Below are positions 21,096 to 24,000 of a DNA stretch of 24,000 nucleotides, piece by piece. A program made the translations under genes and the position numbers. The notes beneath the pieces are model-generated. The model made no database searches, was not told the DNA's origin, and saw only the letters and a program-made list of their open reading frames with translations. Position 1 is the stretch's first letter. The number at the start of each line of letters is the position of its first letter. Location of the stretch: positions 5,072,294 to 5,096,293 of the forward strand of contig NZ_CP007044.2 in NCBI RefSeq assembly GCF_000520015.2, written 5' to 3'. Origin of the DNA: Chania multitudinisentens RB-25. Its GTDB lineage: Bacteria; Pseudomonadota; Gammaproteobacteria; Enterobacterales; Enterobacteriaceae.

Positions 21096-21860
21096 TTGAA
21101 TTTCCGTTGGGAGATCATTCAGGAATACGCACCGTTATTTATGGAAGGCGCCCTGATGACCATCAAATGCACCATCATCTGCGTGCTGCTGGGCACCACC
21201 TGGGGGTTGATCCTTGGGTTAGGCCGTTTGGCACAAGCGCCACACGGTATCTGGAAACCGCTGCTGCACTATGGCATTCAATGGCCAGTGCGCATTTACA
21301 TCAGCGCTTTCCGTGGTACACCACTGTTTGTACAAATCATGGTTGTCCACTTTGCACTGGTGCCGTTGTTCATCAATCCGCGTGATGGCCTGCTGGTCAC
21401 CAGCGGCCTGATGAGCACCGATTTCGCCCGCGCTCTTCGCTCCGATTATGGTGCATTCCTGTCGTGCGTAGTGGCAATCACCCTCAACGCTGGGGCTTAC
21501 GTATCAGAAATTTTCCGGGCAGGTATCCAGTCGATTGATCGTGGCCAGATGGAAGCATCACGTTCACTGGGAATGAGCTATGGCAAAACCATGCGCAAAG
21601 TGATCCTGCCGCAGGCGTTCCGTCGTATGCTACCACCGTTGGGTAACAACGCGATTGCCATCGTTAAGGATTCGTCACTGGCTTCGGCCATCGGCCTGGC
21701 TGACCTGGCCTATGCCGCTCGCACGGTTTCTGGCGCATATGCCACCTATTGGGAACCCTACCTGACCATTTCATTGGTCTATTGGGTCATCACCTTCCTG
21801 CTTTCGCTGATGGTGCAACATATGGAAAAAAGGTTCGGTAAAAGTGATTCGCGTACATAA
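21096..21860 (+). CDS. Amino-acid ABC transporter permease (GlnP/HisM-type)
   Basis: Hydrophobic permease with [53 protein letters not shown] (EAA motif); TTG start preceded by AGAAGGAAG. Confidence 0.93.
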   Translation: MNFRWEIIQEYAPLFMEGALMTIKCTIICVLLGTTWGLILGLGRLAQAPHGIWKPLLHYGIQWPVRIYISAFRGTPLFVQIMVVHFALVPLFINPRDGLLVTSGLMSTDFARALRSDYGAFLSCVVAITLNAGAYVSEIFRAGIQSIDRGQMEASRSLGMSYGKTMRKVILPQAFRRMLPPLGNNAIAIVKDSSLASAIGLADLAYAARTVSGAYATYWEPYLTISLVYWVITFLLSLMVQHMEKRFGKSDSRT

Positions 21861-22566
21861 CCTGCAAAAACAATTCGGCGCAAGCCATGTGCTGTGCGGT
21901 ATTTCCTGCGATATCGCGCCTAATGAAGTGGTGTGTATTATCGGCCCTTCTGGTTCAGGTAAAAGCACCTTTCTGCGCTGTATCAATGCGTTGGAAACGC
22001 TCTCTGGGGGGGAGATTGACGTTAACGGCTTTGCCATTCACCGCCAGCAAACCAATCTGAATAAGATGCGTGAAAGCGTTGGGATGGTTTTCCAGCGTTT
22101 TAACCTGTTCCCACATATGACCGTGCTGGAAAACATCATCATGGCACCGATAGCGGTAAAGAAATTGCCGCGCAGCGAAGCCATCGTCCGGGCGGAAGTG
22201 TTGCTGAACAAAGTTGGCCTGCTTGATAAAATCGATGCCTACCCCAGCAGCCTGTCCGGTGGCCAGCAACAACGGGTTGCCATCGCCCGGGCTCTGGCGA
22301 TGGAGCCTAAAATCATGCTGTTTGATGAACCCACCTCGGCGCTGGACCCGGAGTTAGTCGGCGAAGTGTTGGCGGTCATGAAATCCTTAGCGCATGAAGG
22401 TATGACCATGGTGGTGGTAACGCACGAAATGGGTTTTGCCCGTGAGGTTGCCGACCGGGTGCTGTTTATCGATCAGGGTATAATTCAGGAAGCAGGCACG
22501 CCACAACAGATCTTCAATCACCCCACCAACCCACGCACTCAGGCATTTCTCAGCAAAGTATTGTAA
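21844..22566 (+). CDS. Amino-acid ABC transporter ATP-binding protein (GlnQ/HisP-type)
   Basis: Walker [10 protein letters not shown], signature [15 protein letters not shown], Walker [14 protein letters not shown]; overlaps the permease gene by 17 nt. Confidence 0.95.
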   Translation: MIRVHNLQKQFGASHVLCGISCDIAPNEVVCIIGPSGSGKSTFLRCINALETLSGGEIDVNGFAIHRQQTNLNKMRESVGMVFQRFNLFPHMTVLENIIMAPIAVKKLPRSEAIVRAEVLLNKVGLLDKIDAYPSSLSGGQQQRVAIARALAMEPKIMLFDEPTSALDPELVGEVLAVMKSLAHEGMTMVVVTHEMGFAREVADRVLFIDQGIIQEAGTPQQIFNHPTNPRTQAFLSKVL

Positions 22567-22570
22567 CCTT

Positions 22571-22615
22571 TATTTCGCTTCTCAAGCGCAGAATCGGTGC
22601 CTGAGAAGCGAAATA
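22571..22615. terminator. Terminator-like inverted repeat between convergent ABC operon and ygbE
   Basis: 14-bp perfect arms TATTTCGCTTCTCA / TGAGAAGCGAAATA with a 17-nt loop. Confidence 0.6.
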
Positions 22616-22933
22616 TTACCAGCCACTCAGCCACTGGAATACCAGCCAGAACAGGCCTATTACCGCAGCACCGGTTATGCCCAGCGAGAGAAACAGTTTA
22701 CTGCGCAGCCACATGCTAACGGTGATACCGATCAAAACGGACACGGGCATCAACGCCAGAAACAGCGGCCAAGTGTAGAGCAGAAAAAACAGTGTGTTGG
22801 AACCATAAGCCAGAAAAGGCACCGCAAACGCCAGCCAGTAAAACGCAAATCCACTGACACCACCCAGAAAAAAGTAAGTAGGCTCCTCTGGTGCTTGTTG
22901 CGCATCAGCCAACGTTGGCGTGATATTTTGCAT
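22616..22933 (-). CDS. ygbE: DUF3561 inner membrane protein YgbE
   Basis: EEPTYFFLGGVSGFAFYWLAFAVPFLAYGSNTLFFLLYTWPLFLALMPVSVLIG; located immediately next to cysC. Confidence 0.9.
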   Translation of the reverse strand: MQNITPTLADAQQAPEEPTYFFLGGVSGFAFYWLAFAVPFLAYGSNTLFFLLYTWPLFLALMPVSVLIGITVSMWLRSKLFLSLGITGAAVIGLFWLVFQWLSGW

Positions 22934-23027
22934 AGCGCCTCCTGGTCATTCATGTTCTCTTGGCGCACAGTGCAGCAAGCCGAGATTAAAAAGCGCATGG
23001 CAAAAGACGCCACACGCTTTTTTGAAG

Positions 23028-23657
23028 TCAGGATTTGATCATAGCCCGGCTACGCAGGACGTCTAACAGTTGCGTGGTCAAATTTGTTACCAACTGTTCG
23101 CCATTCAGATGAATATCCGGCTGCACCGGTGCCTCATAAACCGAATCAATACCGGTGAAATTACGCAGTTCACCAGCGCGGGCTTTTTTATACAGCCCTT
23201 TCGGATCGCGCGCCTCGCAAATCGCCAGCGGAGTGTCAACAAACACCTCAATAAAACGCCCATCGTCAAGCATTTCCCGCACCATTTGCCGTTCAGAGCG
23301 ATGGGGCGAAATGAAAGCAGTTAATACCACCAAACCGGCATCCACCATCAGTTTCGCCACTTCACCGACGCGGCGAATATTTTCACGCCGATCATCATCA
23401 GAAAACCCCAAATCCTGGCACAACCCGTGGCGCACATTGTCGCCATCCAGCAGATAGGTGCTGATCCCCAACCGGTGCAATACCTGCTCCAGTGCACCGG
23501 CTACGGTAGATTTCCCCGAGCCGGAAAGCCCCGTAAACCACAGCACCACGCCTTGATGAGCATTGCGTATTTCACGTTCCGCACGCGTTATCGCATGCGG
23601 ATGCCACACCACATTCTCATCATTTGGCCCGGTTGCCCGCACCTGAGTCTCAGCCAC
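23028..23657 (-). CDS. cysC: Adenylyl-sulfate kinase
   Basis: Walker [19 protein letters not shown]; [35 protein letters not shown]; 209 aa. Confidence 0.98.
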   Translation of the reverse strand: MAETQVRATGPNDENVVWHPHAITRAEREIRNAHQGVVLWFTGLSGSGKSTVAGALEQVLHRLGISTYLLDGDNVRHGLCQDLGFSDDDRRENIRRVGEVAKLMVDAGLVVLTAFISPHRSERQMVREMLDDGRFIEVFVDTPLAICEARDPKGLYKKARAGELRNFTGIDSVYEAPVQPDIHLNGEQLVTNLTTQLLDVLRSRAMIKS

Positions 23658-24000
23658 GCGATTTCCCTCTTAGCAAGTCGCGCGCTCCCCAATGCGGGAA
23701 GTGTTTGCGCACCAACGCATTCAGTTCCAATTCAAAGGCGCTGTAATCCTCTACTGCCTCTTGATCACTGTTGTGCAATGCTTCACGGATCAGCCCTGCA
23801 CCAACCGTGACATTGGTCAGACGATCAATAAAGATCAGGCCACCGGTATCATGATTGCTCTGATAACTGTCCAGTACCAGCGGCTCATCAAAGGTCAGCT
23901 CCACCAAACCGATGCCATTCAGCGGTAAAACCTCTGCCTGATGCTGTGCCAACGAGTTGACATCCACTTGATAGCGAATACTTCCTACCTGAGCACGAGT
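23650..24000 (-). CDS. cysN: Sulfate adenylyltransferase large subunit, C-terminal part (runs off the window)
   Basis: The open minus frame continues to the window edge: [71 protein letters not shown]; overlaps the cysC start by 8 nt. Confidence 0.95.
   Translation of the reverse strand, partial: TRAQVGSIRYQVDVNSLAQHQAEVLPLNGIGLVELTFDEPLVLDSYQSNHDTGGLIFIDRLTNVTVGAGLIREALHNSDQEAVEDYSAFELELNALVRKHFPHWGARDLLRGKSRG

Noticed and set aside
1-24000. Search by eye for CRISPR arrays, retron or toxin-antitoxin/defence modules
   Set aside because: No regularly spaced repeats, no reverse transcriptase, nuclease or toxin-like ORF was seen; the accessory region is decayed surface-polysaccharide and integrase material.

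Overview
This is a chromosomal window from an Enterobacterales bacterium (gamma-proteobacterial synteny block). From left to right it contains: a glycine-zipper lipoprotein, an alpha/beta hydrolase, and a minus-strand two-gene signalling unit made of a CHASE-PAS-hybrid kinase-HPt protein overlapping a REC-GGDEF diguanylate cyclase. Next is a low-GC, gene-poor, decayed interval (about 7.9-10.86 kb). The remainder is the conserved block mutS / rpoS-nlpD-pcm-surE-truD-ispF-ispD-ftsB, an amino-acid ABC transporter operon, ygbE (DUF3561), cysC and the 3' end of cysN. The decayed interval upstream of mutS is the most interesting part. It holds one apparently intact family-25-type glycosyltransferase, a truncated short-chain dehydrogenase remnant resembling ribitol-phosphate/CDP-ribitol enzymes, an unidentified frame-disrupted gene, and a stop- and frameshift-broken DUF4102-type tyrosine integrase remnant that the supplied ORF track misses. 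It also holds two diverged (about 77%) direct repeats that could be fossil attachment sites. I did not find convincing evidence for an intact novel defence system, CRISPR array, tRNA or rRNA.
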